DNA of 64,000 bases, taken from positions 97,898,001 through 97,962,000 of the forward strand of contig OZ024744.1 in assembly GCA_964016885.1 (NCBI GenBank), read 5' to 3'. Of this stretch, positions 37,798 to 52,094 are shown one piece after another. The translations under genes and the position numbers were made by a program. Positions within the stretch are counted from its first letter, which is position 1. Every line of letters starts with the position of its first letter. The notes beneath the pieces were generated by a model that was not told the origin of the DNA, ran no database searches, and saw only the letters and a list, made by a program, of their open reading frames with translations. The stretch comes from Eledone cirrhosa. Taxonomy: Eukaryota.

Positions 37798-37994
37798 TGG
37801 TGGGTTGGCAGTTATCGGTAGAGGGTCGGACGCCATGCTTTCCAGCAAAGAGTTACGGCCCTTTACGGTCTGAGTTCAAATCCCGCCGAGGTTAACTTTG
37901 CCTTTCATCCTTACGGGGGGGGGGGTCGATAAAATAAAGTACCAGTAATACACTGGGATAATTGCTGGCCTTGTACCAAAAGTAGAAACAATTA
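37798..37994 (+). mobile_element. SINE family A with target duplication attaattaagtctaa
   Basis: Match to the consensus plus a flanking direct repeat. Confidence 0.85.
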
Positions 37995-38038
37995 ATTAAG
38001 TCTAATGTCTATCTAAATATAATCTGTAAGTTAAATAT

Positions 38039-38356
38039 TCCCTTTGGAGACTTCTGGTGTCCTTGACCCTAGGGCCACCTGCCTTACTCACCACCATTGG
38101 CACAGAGTTGGCTACCCACAGGTATGAGCCTCGCGACTTGGAATGGTTCTTCCAGCGCATCTTCCTCACCATCCCATCATCCGGGGAAACGCCTTGACCA
38201 TTCTGTCCGCCGGGAGGCTGCCGGGGCCGCCGGGAGGCCGCCGGGTGGTCAGCGAGTAATCCCCCATTTGCTCACAATAGTGAGAGATGGGGGAATGCAG
38301 GAGAGACGGAGGCAGTGACAATGGGAGTTTGGTTCCATTGTGTTCGGACCTGGTGT
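38039..38356 (+). mobile_element. 3' end of a CRE-like element, family 1
   Basis: PLETSGVLDPRA...LTTIGTELA...EPRDLEWFFQRIFLTI, followed by (TA)/(TG)n. Confidence 0.65.
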
Positions 38357-38372
38357 GTATATATATATACTG

Positions 38373-38507
<135 letters not shown>

Positions 38508-38962
38508 GTGTGTGTGCGTTTACCACACCACATTAACTGTATATAAGGTATATATTATCTGAAAGTTAAATATTTCCTTCATAAATCTAAAACATTTAGA
38601 CGCGTGACTTTCTGACAAGATACAGTATACAAAAATACATATATAAGTGGCACGTGTGAAATTACTGAGACGTTTAATTTCTTAAATGTTAATTGCCCTC
38701 ATTCTCTCCATTCTGTCAACCTTCTATACGTACCCTGTTCTGTTTTCCCAGCTTTTCTCTATTTAAACAATTATTCGTCATTCATAATTATCACCCACCT
38801 AACAACACGTTTTAGTCGTGTCAATAGCAATTTCTGTTTTTTTGCCAAACTCTTTAAGAAATTACTTAATTATTCAGACTGCATTTATTCAAAAGCAAAA
38901 AAAAAAAAATACGCGAGGAGAGGAGAATAGCCGTAATTTCATAAACCGTTTATTCTCTTTTC

Positions 38963-39085
<123 letters not shown>

Positions 39086-39429
39086 CTCTATGAAATGGTA
39101 CAATATAGGCCTTGTAAAAAATTAGTGTCAGCGTAAGTATAAAACTTAGTCTGTTTCTACGGTCTTTGTTTAACCTAATTATATTGTTCTGTGCAAAATA
39201 TTAGTTTTGTGGTTTCCTAAGATATTGGCAGTGTTCAAAGCTGTGGGGTCATGGATTTTTAGCCCTAATTCTCTCATAGAGGTGTCATAGAGCTGCATGA
39301 TCGCTGTATATTATATATCGATATCTTTATATGACTACGTAACTCGCTCTTCTTCCTCTAAGCGTGAAATTAATACAACTTCATGAAATTGTATCCTCCT
39401 GTTCGTTTTTTGTTTCCTATATTTATATA

Positions 39430-39457
39430 CTAGCTGAGGAACCCGGCTTCACCCGGG
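39430..39457 (-). mobile_element. Helitron-like 3' terminus
   Basis: On the minus strand a cccgg-gtgaag-ccggg hairpin is followed by CTAG|T. Confidence 0.55.
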
Positions 39458-40043
39458 AGAACAGAGAAAACGACTGTATTGGATGTGTTAAGTGTACTCT
39501 ATATGTGCATTGAAGTAATTTTGTGTGTGTATAACGTATCTAGCAGTATTAGCGTATGTTGGTGAGAAGACTTTTATGTGTGAGTGTATGATAAATTCTA
39601 ACGTGTGTATGTATGTTGAAGTTTATAATGTGTACGTGAAAAGTTTCTAACGGTGATATGTATGTAAGTGTGTATGTATTAACGACTATGTGTCATAGGA
39701 TAAAGGACGTAGTTTAGTATGTGATAGAGAGTATAAAACAGAGAAGATTAAAGGAATATAGGTGGCGCATTAAGGGGAGGTGGAAGAAAGGTTTGTAAGA
39801 AGAAAATAAGTTGCTGTTCTCTCCGCCAGCGAACTTTATAAAATATACCTTTAAAAACCACACACGTTTAAACATACACTCACACACATAACGACACTAA
39901 TACACACACACACTCCACTTTGCATTCCAACTCGTTACCAAGACCACCTAACAGTTTGTCTTGTTTTCAATCTTCATTTTCGATTTTCTTTTCTTTACTC
40001 GGACCTTTTTCTGTTTCTCCATTGTGATCTTGTCTCTATTTTG

Positions 40044-40080
40044 TACCCCTGAAGAAGGGCTTAAACCCGACACGTCGAAC
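40044..40080 (+). ncRNA. Degenerate minimal HHR in a pLTR-like fragment
   Basis: CTGAAGA-aggg cttaaa ccc-GACAC-GTC (GAAA mutated to GACA), ~70 bp before an (AT)n tract. Confidence 0.5.
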
Positions 40081-40326
40081 TTTTTTTCCAATATAAAGTG
40101 TGAAACTAATAAGACTTTTTGTATCTCTGATTACTGTCTACTTGAACTATATATATATATATGTGTGTGTATGTGTGTGTCAAATTCACTTCCTTCCAGG
40201 GGCTTTTATTTAAGATATTGTATAAAGGTGCATGGCTTAGTGGTTAGAGCATTGAGCTTGCAATCGAAAGGTTGTGAATTCGATTGTCAGACCGGGTGAT
40301 GCGTTGTGTCCTTGACCATGGTATAT

Positions 40327-40412
<86 letters not shown>

Positions 40413-40460
40413 ATATATATATATATATATAATATATATATATATTATTATCAAGTAAGT

Positions 40461-40786
40461 ATGTTTTGAAACAGTGAGCAGGTTTGAAATTAGAAAATAG
40501 AATAGCTTTCACCGTATTTTTGACTAAAGGAATTTTAGCCTGAAAGTGGGGTTTAGAACCCTCAGATAAATGAAAAAAGATGAGTATTGACGTACATGGC
40601 AGTCCAACCCACATCATTGGTTATCGCGACCACCGTGCTACCATTACACCAACACATCACCCATCTCTTTCCATTCAAATTAGAAGCTACATTCTTAGCG
40701 AGTTTAAATGGCAATTAAGTTAGTCAAAAATACGGTGAAAGCTATTCTAATTCCTAATTTCAAACCTGCTCACTGTTTCAAAACAC
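40461..40786. repeat. (AT)n-embedded element with ~66-bp terminal inverted repeats and an internal tRNA-like stretch
   Basis: tgttttgaaacagtgagcaggtttgaaattag...tttttgactaa and its reverse complement at 40720-40786. Confidence 0.7.
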
Positions 40787-40803
40787 ACTGTATATATATA
40801 TAT

Positions 40804-41004
40804 AACGAAGGAAGTGTAGTAAGGAACCAGGTGGCCCATAACGCCCCAGAGTACTCAATACTTAGGGTAGTAGAGTGGGTAATAAGAAAATGTTCAAGAC
40901 CCTGACGGCAGAGCTCGAGCCGTTTCGACGGCTATTTCTGGAGTCCAGAAATAGCCGTCGAAACGGCACGAGCTCTGCCGTCGGGGGCTTGAACATTTTC
41001 CTAT
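40804..41004 (-). mobile_element. Fold-back half-HHR element (copy 2)
   Basis: Hairpin 40882-41004, homologous to 23635-23839 and flanked by (AT)n. Confidence 0.65.
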
Positions 41005-41201
41005 ATATATATATATATAATAAAATATGGAGAAAAATACTGCAGGTAGCGCATGGATAACATGTAATAGAATGAGTCCCTCATCAGTGATTTGCCGACG
41101 ATCATAGATATTTCATTGCATTAAAAATCATATACCTCACGTCGGTGCAATAATAACTAAAATAAGTTATTAGGACAATTAAAACGCGTAAAGCGAGTGA
41201 G

Positions 41202-41238
<37 letters not shown>

Positions 41239-41534
41239 GTTAATGACATATATACATACATATATATCTAATGATATAAATGTACAAAGAACATAGCAAA
41301 CTTTTGCTATTTTTAGTTGTCGTGAAACGTTTTCACGTCACTGCAGAGAGCGACCGTGTGCATTGGTTTTTTTTATAATACCATGTGCTTCTTTCGCCAT
41401 TTTGAGTTCTAAATATTAACGGGTGTAATTTCAGATAGATCGATACCCTCACTGAAGATCCAGATCGATTATCTAACTGCACCGATATTTGATGAAATGT
41501 ATTCATGATTTGTGAAGGATACATATGAGGGAAA

Positions 41535-42239
41535 TCATAATATAATTGTTTCTACTTTTGGCACAAGGCCAGCAATTACCTAGTGTATTACTGGTACTTT
41601 ATTTTATCGACCCCCGTAAGGATGAAAGGCAAAGTTAACCTCGGCGGGATTTGAACTCAGACCATAAAGGGTCGTAACTCTTTGCTGCAAAGCATGGCGT
41701 CCGACCCTCTACCGATACTGCCAATCCACCGCCCATAATATAATAAAGGGAGGAGTGCGGGACTGTGTCCTGAATTTATTTTTTTATCCCGTTTGTAAAA
41801 TAAGTTGGATTACTTTGAATAAATTATGAATGAATATTACATAATTTATCTACTAAATTTCATAGCTGTTGATTAAATATAAATATTCTTATATATAATG
41901 ATTGCTTATTTTAAGATTCACTTCTTTTAACATTTTCAAATGTCAAAACTTCCGGTTATGACATAACGTATGCTATATTACATCGTTATATTATAACGTT
42001 TATATTTCTGTCGCTAATTTTCTCCTTTTTCGTTTTCATTACATTTCACCGTAATCCAGTTTATATATAATATCGTCTTTTTTTATTTGTATCGTGGATT
42101 ACTTTACTGATTGTACATATTCTCAATTACGATTTTATTTGATCTATCATATCTACATGTATATATACTTGCGTATAATATCAATATGCACACTACACAT
42201 GCTAGCATAAAATCACCCGAAAGGTGGTTTTTCTGCTAG
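41535..42239 (+). mobile_element. Non-autonomous Helitron-like element with a SINE A inserted near its 5' end (41544-41734)
   Basis: A|TC-ataatataataaag 5' end; 3' hairpin aaaatcacc-cgaaa-ggtggtttt then CTAG|T. The SINE target duplication is ataatataat. Confidence 0.7.
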
Positions 42240-42379
42240 TATATATAATTTTTATCAGGTATCTATATTTTAAGTTTTTGTTAAATTTTAATATGATACT
42301 GTAATGAACCATGTGTTCTTACATTCTATACAGATTATCTCCTGTTAAAGTTTGATATGTCCTATTATACATTTATGTC

Positions 42380-42559
<180 letters not shown>

Positions 42560-42737
42560 ATTCATTATTTTGTAATGATTAAATGGTCGGATTTATTCTT
42601 TGAATTTTTCTTTGAGCTGATTTTGGGAGACAAGACATATTATTCTTATACTGACTTTCCATCGTAACTACAAACTACGAATGTAGAAAGCTTTCTCCTA
42701 CTTGCTCCTAATTTTACCAAAACAACTTCTACTGAAC

Positions 42738-42847
<110 letters not shown>

Positions 42848-44019
42848 TATATATATAGGTAGGTAGAGAATAAAAGAAAATATTTATATACGTAAATAAG
42901 ACCGTTGTTTCTCCAAGCAGTCCTCAAAACACTTAACAAACCCCCTAAACCGAACGCCAGACTGCACTCATGACTCCTGTTAAACGAACCCGTGACCCAC
43001 CTTCCAAATTCAGCAAACCGAACGCGGACTGCTCACTTTCCCAAACTCGACACACTGAACATGGCCGCAACAGCCACCAAATGGGCAAGATAGACGTTAT
43101 CAAGCTGCAGTAATTCATCGTTGTTGTTATCAATATAAACAATCTTTTATAATTTCTTACGATTGATGACTCCTAGTTTCGAACAAGCAGAGCCGTGCCG
43201 TTTTCTATTGAACACCTATGAATCAGTCAACAATTAGTGAACATTTTTTTTCTTTTCCTTGTTAAACATGCATTTTCTCGTTAAACAGACATTTTTGTGA
43301 GTGAAGCCTATGTATACATGATTATATGATCGGTCAGCATGTTTGTTTACATGCCATTAACAATTTCCTACATTGTTCTACAACTCTTTTCCCGGTGACA
43401 TCTACGAAATTTTCAATCTGTGTTCTAACTTAGCGTTATCTTTACACCAACAGTCAGTCGTAAGCTTAAATTTGTTTTCTTTCTGGTCTAACAACCGGTC
43501 CGTTGTTTTCTACAGTCAGTTTGAAGCCTGTTTTCTGATACATATATAATGTCAGGAGTTAGAACATTTGCCTTCATTATCGTTTCGTTTTGCCATTCTT
43601 AGTTAAAATCCCGCCCATGGTTTACTTTGCCCTTCATCCTTACGGGGTCGATAATATAAAGTACCAGTAATGCACTGGGTAATTGCTGACCTTGTGCCTA
43701 ACGTAGAAACAATTATCGTTTCGTTTTGCAACTCTGAAATTATAAAGCTTTACTCCTACGCTCTACCAACCGAACTATGATTAAATTAGAAACTATTGTC
43801 GTTCCGATTAGCTTCAGCAAGTACCAGTCATACGAAACGTTGACCATCTCATTGGACACACAGTACTACCACTATATCTATCATGACACGACTCAATGAC
43901 AGAAACGATATATTATATATGTTAATACCTAAATCAGTGAAAAGAGAACATTCCCGAAGATATCATCCATTTTTCCAAGAACCATTCAAAGTCGAGTGTT
44001 TCACTTCATCCCATAACTA

Positions 44020-44561
44020 GGAATTCACAATGCTGATCATAAGTATGAAAATACACTCTTGATAGGTGTAATGTGGCCGAACACGGAAGAGCCAAACTCC
44101 CACCGTCATCGCCCCCATCTCTCTCGCCATCCTCATCTCTCCTCATTTTTGCAGCCAGCCTCGTTTGGTCGTATGAAGATGGTTGAATTGGTTGATTAAA
44201 AAGTCTCAATAATTGTTCCGGTTTCGTTACTGCACTCCGAGTTCAAATATCGTCGAAGTTAACTTTACCTTTCATCCATTCAAGGTCAATGACTATAGTT
44301 AGATATATAGATAAATAGTAATTCACAATGTTGGTCACAAGTATGAAAATACACTCTTGATAGGTGCAATATGTCCGAACACAGAAAAGCCGAACTCCCA
44401 CTGTCATCGCCCCCATCTCTCTTGCCCTCCCCATATCGCTGTATAGTGAGCAAATGGGGTCCCACGTGCTGGCCGCCCCACAACCCCGGCCGACAGAATG
44501 GAGAAGGCGTTTCCCTGGAGGATAGTAAGGGAGAAGCGCTAGAAGAGCCATTCCATCTCGC
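44020..44561 (-). mobile_element. Two CRE-like 3' fragments (family 1) with a shared 3' tail
   Basis: REMEWLF*RFSLTILQGNAFSIL; aattcacaatg...aaatacactcttgataggtg is duplicated. Confidence 0.6.
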
Positions 44562-44635
44562 AAATACTTCGTTCAGTTCTAAGTATTCCAATTTCTCAAT
44601 CACCTCCAATCAGAAGTGAACTGCGCATCCAGTCA

Positions 44636-44850
44636 GACGACTGACTGCTGAGACCCAGAGATATTTTTACACTGTTCAGCTAAGATTATACTGACTGCTG
44701 AGGGCCGAAGGTGTCTTTAGATTGTTCAGTTAAAGTGGTACTGACTACCGGGGACCAGAGATGTGTTTACACTGCTTACTTAAGCCTACTGAGTAACAAA
44801 CCACTGACTACTGAGAGCCAGATGTATGTTTTCACTGCTCGGTTAAGCCG
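44636..44850. repeat. Degenerate ~50-60-bp minisatellite, four units
   Basis: actgact(g/a)ctgag...cagagat...ttacactg...ttaag is repeated. Confidence 0.6.
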
Positions 44851-45758
44851 CATTCCATTTTCGTTTCAACCTTTGTGCAGCGGGAATGACTTCTGTATTT
44901 CATTACATTTTTCATCTTGTTTTTTTTTTGTTTTTTTTGGTGCGGGTGGGGTTCTTTTACCCGGGTCAGTGGCCCACGGGACATTGACCAAATGCTCCTA
45001 TAACAAGTCCACCTCTGCTTCTAATTATGATTCTACGTTGCTCTGTACTTAAGAAACTATGCTATTCCACTTCTAATCTGCAAATTAATTTTTCACTAAC
45101 GTTACAGAAAAGATAAAGCCAATCTTACCTAAGATTAATGATTCTCTTCATTTATTTTATATTCCATTCTACCCCAAAAGAGATATATCCATATTGTATT
45201 GTTGTGGTTTAGCCTTTAGCCAAGCCTATTGAAGGTGACCTCTGATCAAAAAGATTCCTATTGGAACCTTCTGAACTTTTCTTCTTTTTTTTTTTCTTTT
45301 TTTTTTATATAAAGCCCGACGACAATAGGGTTGGATTTGAGAAATAACTAGGTTGCTATTTGTAACAGGTCGAACGACGAGTTAGTAGTGCTCCCCCGAG
45401 GAGGATGAGGAGGAGGCGGAGGAGGAGGAGGAGGAGGAGGAGGAGGAGGAAGAAGAAGAAGAAGAAGAAGAAGAAGAAGAAGAAGAAGAAGAAGAAGAAG
45501 AAATTCATAACACGGTATACGATATTAATTATTTTCCAAGTCACAAGGGTCCTTATCATTGGTGCTTAACTCTATTGAGACAGCACATTTCTCCATAACG
45601 TTAAGTAGATGAAAAAGATAAATCTCCCTGAGACTCACCTCTTCCCCCATACATGTGTCTTCGTTCAATTTCCCTTGCTATCCCAATAGGACGACCAACA
45701 AAGATATCTGTGCTGGAACCTCGATAACATACCATGGCCTTTTTATTATTTATTTTAA

Positions 45759-47006
45759 GGGCGGTGGATTGGCAGTATCGGTAGAGGGTCGGAGGGTAAC
45801 TCTATGCTTTGCAGCATAGAGTTACGGCCCTTTATGATCTGAGTTCAAATCCCGCCTAGGTTAAATTTGCCTTTCATCCTTACGGGTGGATAAAATAAAG
45901 GACCAGTCACATACTGGGGTCGATTTAATCGACTTTTCCCTCCCCAAAATTTGCTGGCCTTGTGCCTATATAAAAAATCATTATTTATTCTATTGATTGT
46001 AGGTGGAGTGAGATTGGAAATAGAGGCAGACTAAGTAGGACTAACAGCACCAGCTGACGAGCCATCGTGGGAACTTTCTATGTATATCAGGCGTTGGCAA
46101 CCTTTCTTCGAGCAGTGGGCCGCATAGGACGTGGCTCATCATATGGCGGACAGCACTACTAAAAACTTCAAGACAATTTTAAAATTAGGTATACCATTCA
46201 GAAAGTCAAACAGGCTTTGATAAATAATTGTTTCTACTTTAGGCACAAGGCCAGCAATTACCCAGTTCATTACTGGTACTTTATTTTATCGACCCCGTAA
46301 GGATGAAAGGCATAGTCAACATAGGCGAGATTTGAACTCAGATCGTAAAGGGACGTAACTATGCTGCAAAGCATGGCGTCCGACCCTCTACCGATACTGC
46401 CAATCCACTGCCCTTCATATTCCAGGCTTTGATAAATAATGATTTCTAGTATAGGGTAGGAGAAAGTCGATTAAATCGACCCCAGTGGTACTTTATTTTA
46501 TCGACCCCCGTAGGGATGAAAGCAAAGCTAACCTTGGTGGGATTTGAACTCAGAATGTAAATAATTGTTTCTACTTTAGACACAGGGAGGGGGAAAGTCG
46601 ATTAAATCAGCCCCAGTACGTTACTGGTGCTGTATTTTATCGATCCCGTAAGAATGAAAGGCAAAGTTAACCTCGGCGGGATTTGAACTCAGATCATAAA
46701 GAGCCGTAACTCTATGCTGCAAAGCATGGAGTCCGACCCTCTACCGATACTGCCAATCCACACCCCCCCCCCCTTGGCTTTGATAAATAATAATGATTTC
46801 TAGTATAGGTACAGGGCCAGCAATTTTGGGGGAGGGGAAAGTCAATTAAATCGACCCCTGTACGTGACTAGTACTTTATTTTATCGATCCCGTAAGAATG
46901 AAAGGCAAAGTTAGCCTCGGCGGGATATGAACTCAGATCATAAAGGGCTGTAACTCTATGCTGCAAAGCATGGCGTCCGACCCTCCACCGATACTGCCAA
47001 TCCACC
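45759..47006. mobile_element. SINE A cluster: one plus copy (45759-45985) and four minus copies or fragments (46225-47006)
   Basis: Matches to the consensus, with the recurring spacer ggctttgataaa. Confidence 0.8.
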
Positions 47007-47024
47007 CCTCTTGGCTTTGATAAA

Positions 47025-47425
47025 TCTTAACTATAATAAAGAAAGGAGTGTGGGACTGCGTCCAGAATATATTTTTTTAAGCCCGTTTGTAAAATAAGTT
47101 GGATTACTTTGAATAAATAATTGTTTCTACTTTTGGCACAAGGCCAGTAATTACCCCAGTGTATTACTGGTACTTTATTTTATCGACCCCGTAAGGATGA
47201 AAGGCAAAGTTAACCTCGGTGGGATTTGAACTCCGATCATAAAGGGCCGTAACTCTTTGCTGCAAAGCATGGCGTCAGACCTTCTACCGATACTGCCAAA
47301 TGAATGAATATTACATAATTTATCTACTAAATTTCGTAACACATGATTAAACATATATTAAAAATATTATTGCATAGTTCAAGACTCACTTCTTTTAAAA
47401 AATTCAAATTTCAATACTTCTGGTA
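47025..47425 (+). mobile_element. 5' part of a Helitron-like element (same family as 41535-42239) with a SINE A insertion (47118-47299)
   Basis: A|TCTTAACTATAATAAAG start; cccgtttgtaaaataagttggattactttgaataaa is shared with 41788. Confidence 0.65.
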
Positions 47426-47611
47426 TATCTATACTATATATATAGAGAGAGAGAGAGTGGAAGAGAAAGATGAAGTGACTTGCATTTTTTTTCAACACGC
47501 TGATGTGTGTGCGTGGGCGTGTGTGTATGTTGTTCTTTGATTTTATAAAATTGCTAGAGCGAGAAAGAGAGATTGTATGTGTGAGTATATAAAGAGAGTA
47601 GTGACTGTGAC

Positions 47612-47645
<34 letters not shown>

Positions 47646-47854
47646 CCAAAGATTAGTATGGTTCGTTGAATACTCAATGAATACAATTTTACAATAGATT
47701 AGAAGCACTCAACAGAGAGGTTTTCCTGGAGTTTTTAATATTATTCAAAAATATTAACAAATAAAAAATATTCTCATAATCAAAATATATACTTTATTAT
47801 ATATATTTAGCTCCCAGAAGGTTGAGCGTTTCTTCTGCAATAGATTACTAATAA

Positions 47855-50191
47855 ATGATGGAATTTTTCAGGATTTCTACGTCTTTCAAGGATATACCTC
47901 TACCATCAAACGAAGAATATATGAGACAACTTATTGGAAAAACCAACTCCTTCATAAGAAGACTGCGGTGGCGTGCTTTCCACTTTGAAAATAAAGAGAA
48001 AATTGATAAGAAAAACACTAACCATAATTTTGATCATATTTTTAGATCCAGGAAAAATCCTCCTTACAACAAACTCTTAGCTAATTTCGAAAACGAAATT
48101 ATAAATATATTAAAGAACATTAAATTTAAAAAAGAAACATATAGAGGCCAGGAATACCACAAAGGTCTAAAGGAAAAAATTAACGACATGAAAAAAATAA
48201 ATAAAATATTAGTGAAATCAGATAAAACGAACAACCTATATGGGATTGAAAGAACAAAATATAACGACTTAATTTTAAAAGAATTCAGGAAAACTTATAA
48301 AAAGGCCCCAAGTGAGGATTTATTGGATATTAATAATGATGCATTCAAAATTATCACCAATCTTCGAATAGAGCGGAAAACTGAACCTTTCATACCAAAG
48401 CAACCGCGGATAAATCTTAAAGACCACAAAAGAAATTTCGAAGAGGGCTTACCAGTTAGACTTATAGCACTCTCTAAATCAGATCTTGGAATAATTAGTA
48501 AAAATATAATAGATAGGATTTTTACCAACTCTTAAATTGAGGTCATGGCTAAATCTATGGAAAAGCACTAGTGAAGTCATAGATTGGTTCAATAATATCA
48601 AAAGTTCATTCAAATGGATATAGCGATTTATTATTCCTCGATAACTCCTAATCTATTAAATAAGGCGCTATCATATGCATATAAACACACGGACCTATCT
48701 AGTGATGAGATAAATATTATTTTAACAGCAAGGCGAACATTGATAGATTTTAATAATGATCTTTGGACTAGGTCGGATAGACAGAAGAATTTTGACATTA
48801 CTATGGGTTCGTCTGATTCGGCGCAAGTTACGGATCTTGTGGGCATCTTTATCCTTAACATGATAAATAGAAAACTGCCGGAGATTGCCGGAGGTTTATA
48901 TAGGGACGACATATTATTTATTGTAGAAAAACATAATAATAGCGCATTAAATAGAGTAAAGAAAGTAATTATAGAATTTTTTTAAATTGCGACCTGAAAT
49001 TAGAAGTAGAAAATAATAATAAAATAGTTAATTTTTTAGATGTGACTCTAAATTTGAATTCAGGCCTTTATTACCCTTTCCATAAAGTCAATGAGAACTT
49101 AAATTAAGTTAGTTTTTACTCTAATCATTCTAAAAGTGTTAAGAATGCAATAGTCAACAGTGTACAACAACGAATATCCAGGCTATCTGCTAATAGATCC
49201 ATATTTAATAGTAAGGCTGTATATTATAATGAAGCTTTACATAAAGCTGGATATAACAATAATATTGAGTATATAGAAAAAAATACTGAAAATAAAAATA
49301 AAATTAATTATAATCATAATAATTATAAAAATAAATATAAAAACAACAACTTGATGAATAAATCGGGGGAAAAAAATAAGAACAAGATCTATAATTTGGT
49401 ATGCTCCGCCAGCATCCTTAACTATTAAAACACCTGTAGCACATTTATTTTTTAAAGCTTTGGATAAATGCTTCCCTAGGTCACATAAATATTACTCTGT
49501 CTTCAATAGATACACAGTTAAACCCTCTTATTCAACAACTATGAATATTGCTCAAAATATAGCAAAAATAAATAGTCAAAATCTTAATTTGAACCAACCT
49601 TTAATTAGCAATAATAACAATAATAATAACAATACATTAGTTAATGGGAATAACAATAATAATAGTTTAAACATGAATAATAGTAGAACACCTTTAAATA
49701 ATAATGTGAATAGTTTAAGGTCTGTAAATAACATTGAGAAGAAATGTAATTGTAGAAAGAAGTCTGAATGTCCTTTACAAAATAATTGCCTTGACAGGAA
49801 TCTAGTATATAAATGTACCATTAAGACAAATAATAATAATATATATAACTACATTGGTGCCACTTCATTTAAATTTAAGGAACGTTGGTATAATCATAGA
49901 CAATCTTTCAGTAAACCAGATAAGAAATTTTCACTTTCACAATTAATATGGTCTTTAAAGGACAATAATATCAAATACTCCATCTCTTGGACCAAATTAA
50001 AGAATGCTATCCCCTATCGGAACTCAATTATTTCGCAAAATTGCAATCTTTGTAACCTTGAGACTCTACAGATAATTACAAATTATGACAATTTAATCAA
50101 CAACAAAAATGAATTATTTAGTAGTTGTCACCATAAAATTGGTAAAACTTTCCAAGCATTGTACAAGTTTCGAAAGAATATTGACAATTAA
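47855..50191 (+). pseudogene. PLE RT/GIY-YIG polyprotein pseudogene (frameshifts and TAA stops)
   Basis: FIRRLRWRAF, SDKTNNLY, LKDHK...PVRLI, MDIAIYYSSI, GSSDSAQVTDLVG, LYRDD, CNCRKKSECPL and LVYKC...YIGAT...RWYNH. Confidence 0.88.
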
Positions 50192-51516
50192 TAATTTAAT
50201 ATATATATGTTTTTGCCTTATTGTGGTAATAATTTATTGATATTTATATGTTTAGAATAATCTCATTAAGAGTCTTGTTAATCTATGTTTTGATTAGGAC
50301 AGTTCAATATGTAACTAGACATCATTTATGATATATACAATAGATGATTTACGGTTTTCGAAATATCGCGGAACGTGAGAGTAGAGATATGTTATAAATG
50401 TGTGTATATGGTGAATGAGTTATCTTCCTTTTGTTTACATTGTCCGTAAAAATTTCTTTTCTTTTTGACTAGCTTGCTAAATAATATTAGATATGAAATA
50501 TGTAGATTAATAATATATAGACTATCATTAAAAGGAAACTAAATATCCATATAAGTAAATACAGAATTAAATATAACCTATCATTAATTAATTGTTTCTA
50601 CTTTTTGGCACAAGGCCAGCAATTATCCCAGTGTATTACTGGTACTTTATTTTATCGACCCCGTAAGGATGAAAGGCAAAGTTAACCTATCATTAATTAA
50701 TGTAACAACTTCTGAGAGTAAATTTAACTGCAGTTTAATCCTAGGAATTAAATGAAAATTAAAGAATATTAAGATTTTATAAAGAGATTATCATAATTAA
50801 ATAATTTTGGTAATAAATGATCTAAATATATTATATGTATTGATACTGATTTATGTATGGTATTAGATTTTAATACATATTTAATAATTATTTAAATACG
50901 CTTTAAAGATTGATTCTTTTAAAGTTGTAACAAAATATTTATAGAATATCTTACCTTAAAATTAAAAATAATAATCTATAATGAATTAAATTAAATTATA
51001 TACATTTTTAATTAAACTATATATGTGATTGCTATTGAAAGTAATCTATACTGATTAATTTTGGTTTAATATATAAGTATAATTAGCTAATGCATAATCA
51101 AATACTAAAGGTATTCAATTGTTTAGATGAATTGATTGGATGTCCTGTTTGATCCAGTATTTGAAAACAACGGTTTTTTCTCTATTTGATGTTCCCTTAT
51201 TTTTCTTTACTTTCCCCCACACCTTCCCTCTTTTGTTGTTATTCCTCTTTTCTTTTTTATATATTTCTTTTACTCATTCATCCATTTATTTTTTATTTTT
51301 TATTCATTTATCTATTTATGTATGTTTTTTTTTTCTTGCCTTTCCTCTTTTTTACACCCTCTCTCATATCTCTAATTTGCTCTACGTCCTTTTCTTCTTT
51401 AAGTTTATCATATTATTTGTGGTATATAAACATTGAGATTTGATGAAATAAATCACTGCCAATACTGGAATTGTATAATCAAGACCGTAGCGGTATGTCA
51501 TATATCAAATCATATA

Positions 51517-51578
51517 TTTTGTCTGATGAAGACGTACTGAAAAAACAACACAGTACCTCGAAAATATATATAATAAAG
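51517..51578 (+). ncRNA. HHR of the 47.6-51.6 kb PLE pLTR
   Basis: CTGATGA-agacgtactg...cagtacctc-GAAA(A)-T-ATAT-ATA^-ataaa. Confidence 0.6.
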
Positions 51579-51684
51579 TATATATTTTGATTATTAGAAT
51601 ATTTTTCATTTGTTAATATTTTGAATAATATATATATATATATATATATATAAAATCAAAAGATGGTTAAAAGAGTTCCATAAA

Positions 51685-51751
51685 TTTTATTATGCGCATT
51701 TCAAAAACAAATATCATCATGGGAAGATATTTGTGTTCTCATCAGATAAAA
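51685..51751 (-). ncRNA. Minimal HHR of the same family as 27568-27634, within a ~195-bp element (51655-51848)
   Basis: ttttat-CTGATGA-gaacacaaatat...atatttgttttt-GAAA-T-GCGC-ATA^-ataaaa. Confidence 0.75.
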
Positions 51752-51853
51752 TAGGGAGACATGATATGAAGCTTAAAAAACACTTGTGAGCAGTGAAGTT
51801 TTAAATCAACATTGCTTTATTGTGCTACAATAAAACTCACCTCCTACACACAC

Positions 51854-51935
<82 letters not shown>

Positions 51936-51944
51936 ATATATATA

Positions 51945-52094
<150 letters not shown>

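Larger units (their letters stand above)
47646..51630 (+). mobile_element. Near full-length decayed Naiad-type PLE with an inverted 5' pLTR piece and a 3' HHR, in (AT)n
   Basis: ORF pieces from 47855 to 50191. Positions 47739-47808 are the reverse complement of 51562-51630. HHR at 51517-51578; SINE insertion at 50590-50687. Confidence 0.88.

Noticed and set aside
41040-41090. Minus-strand cactgatgaggga
   Set aside because: The GAAA half is missing; at best it is a deleted relic.
42650-42731. Possible minus-strand exon [25 protein letters not shown]
   Set aside because: The acceptor abuts (AT)n, the donor is weak, and I recognise no homology.
43160-43230. Minus-strand gaaac-tagga-gtc with upstream ctgattc
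   Set aside because: The core is not consensus and stem II is unconvincing.
44636-44850. CRISPR-like repeat-spacer appearance
   Set aside because: The units are degenerate along their whole length, the context is eukaryotic, and there are no cas genes; it is a minisatellite.
46053-46076. ctgacga-gcca-tcg-tgg-gaac
   Set aside because: GAAA is incomplete and stems I and III are absent.
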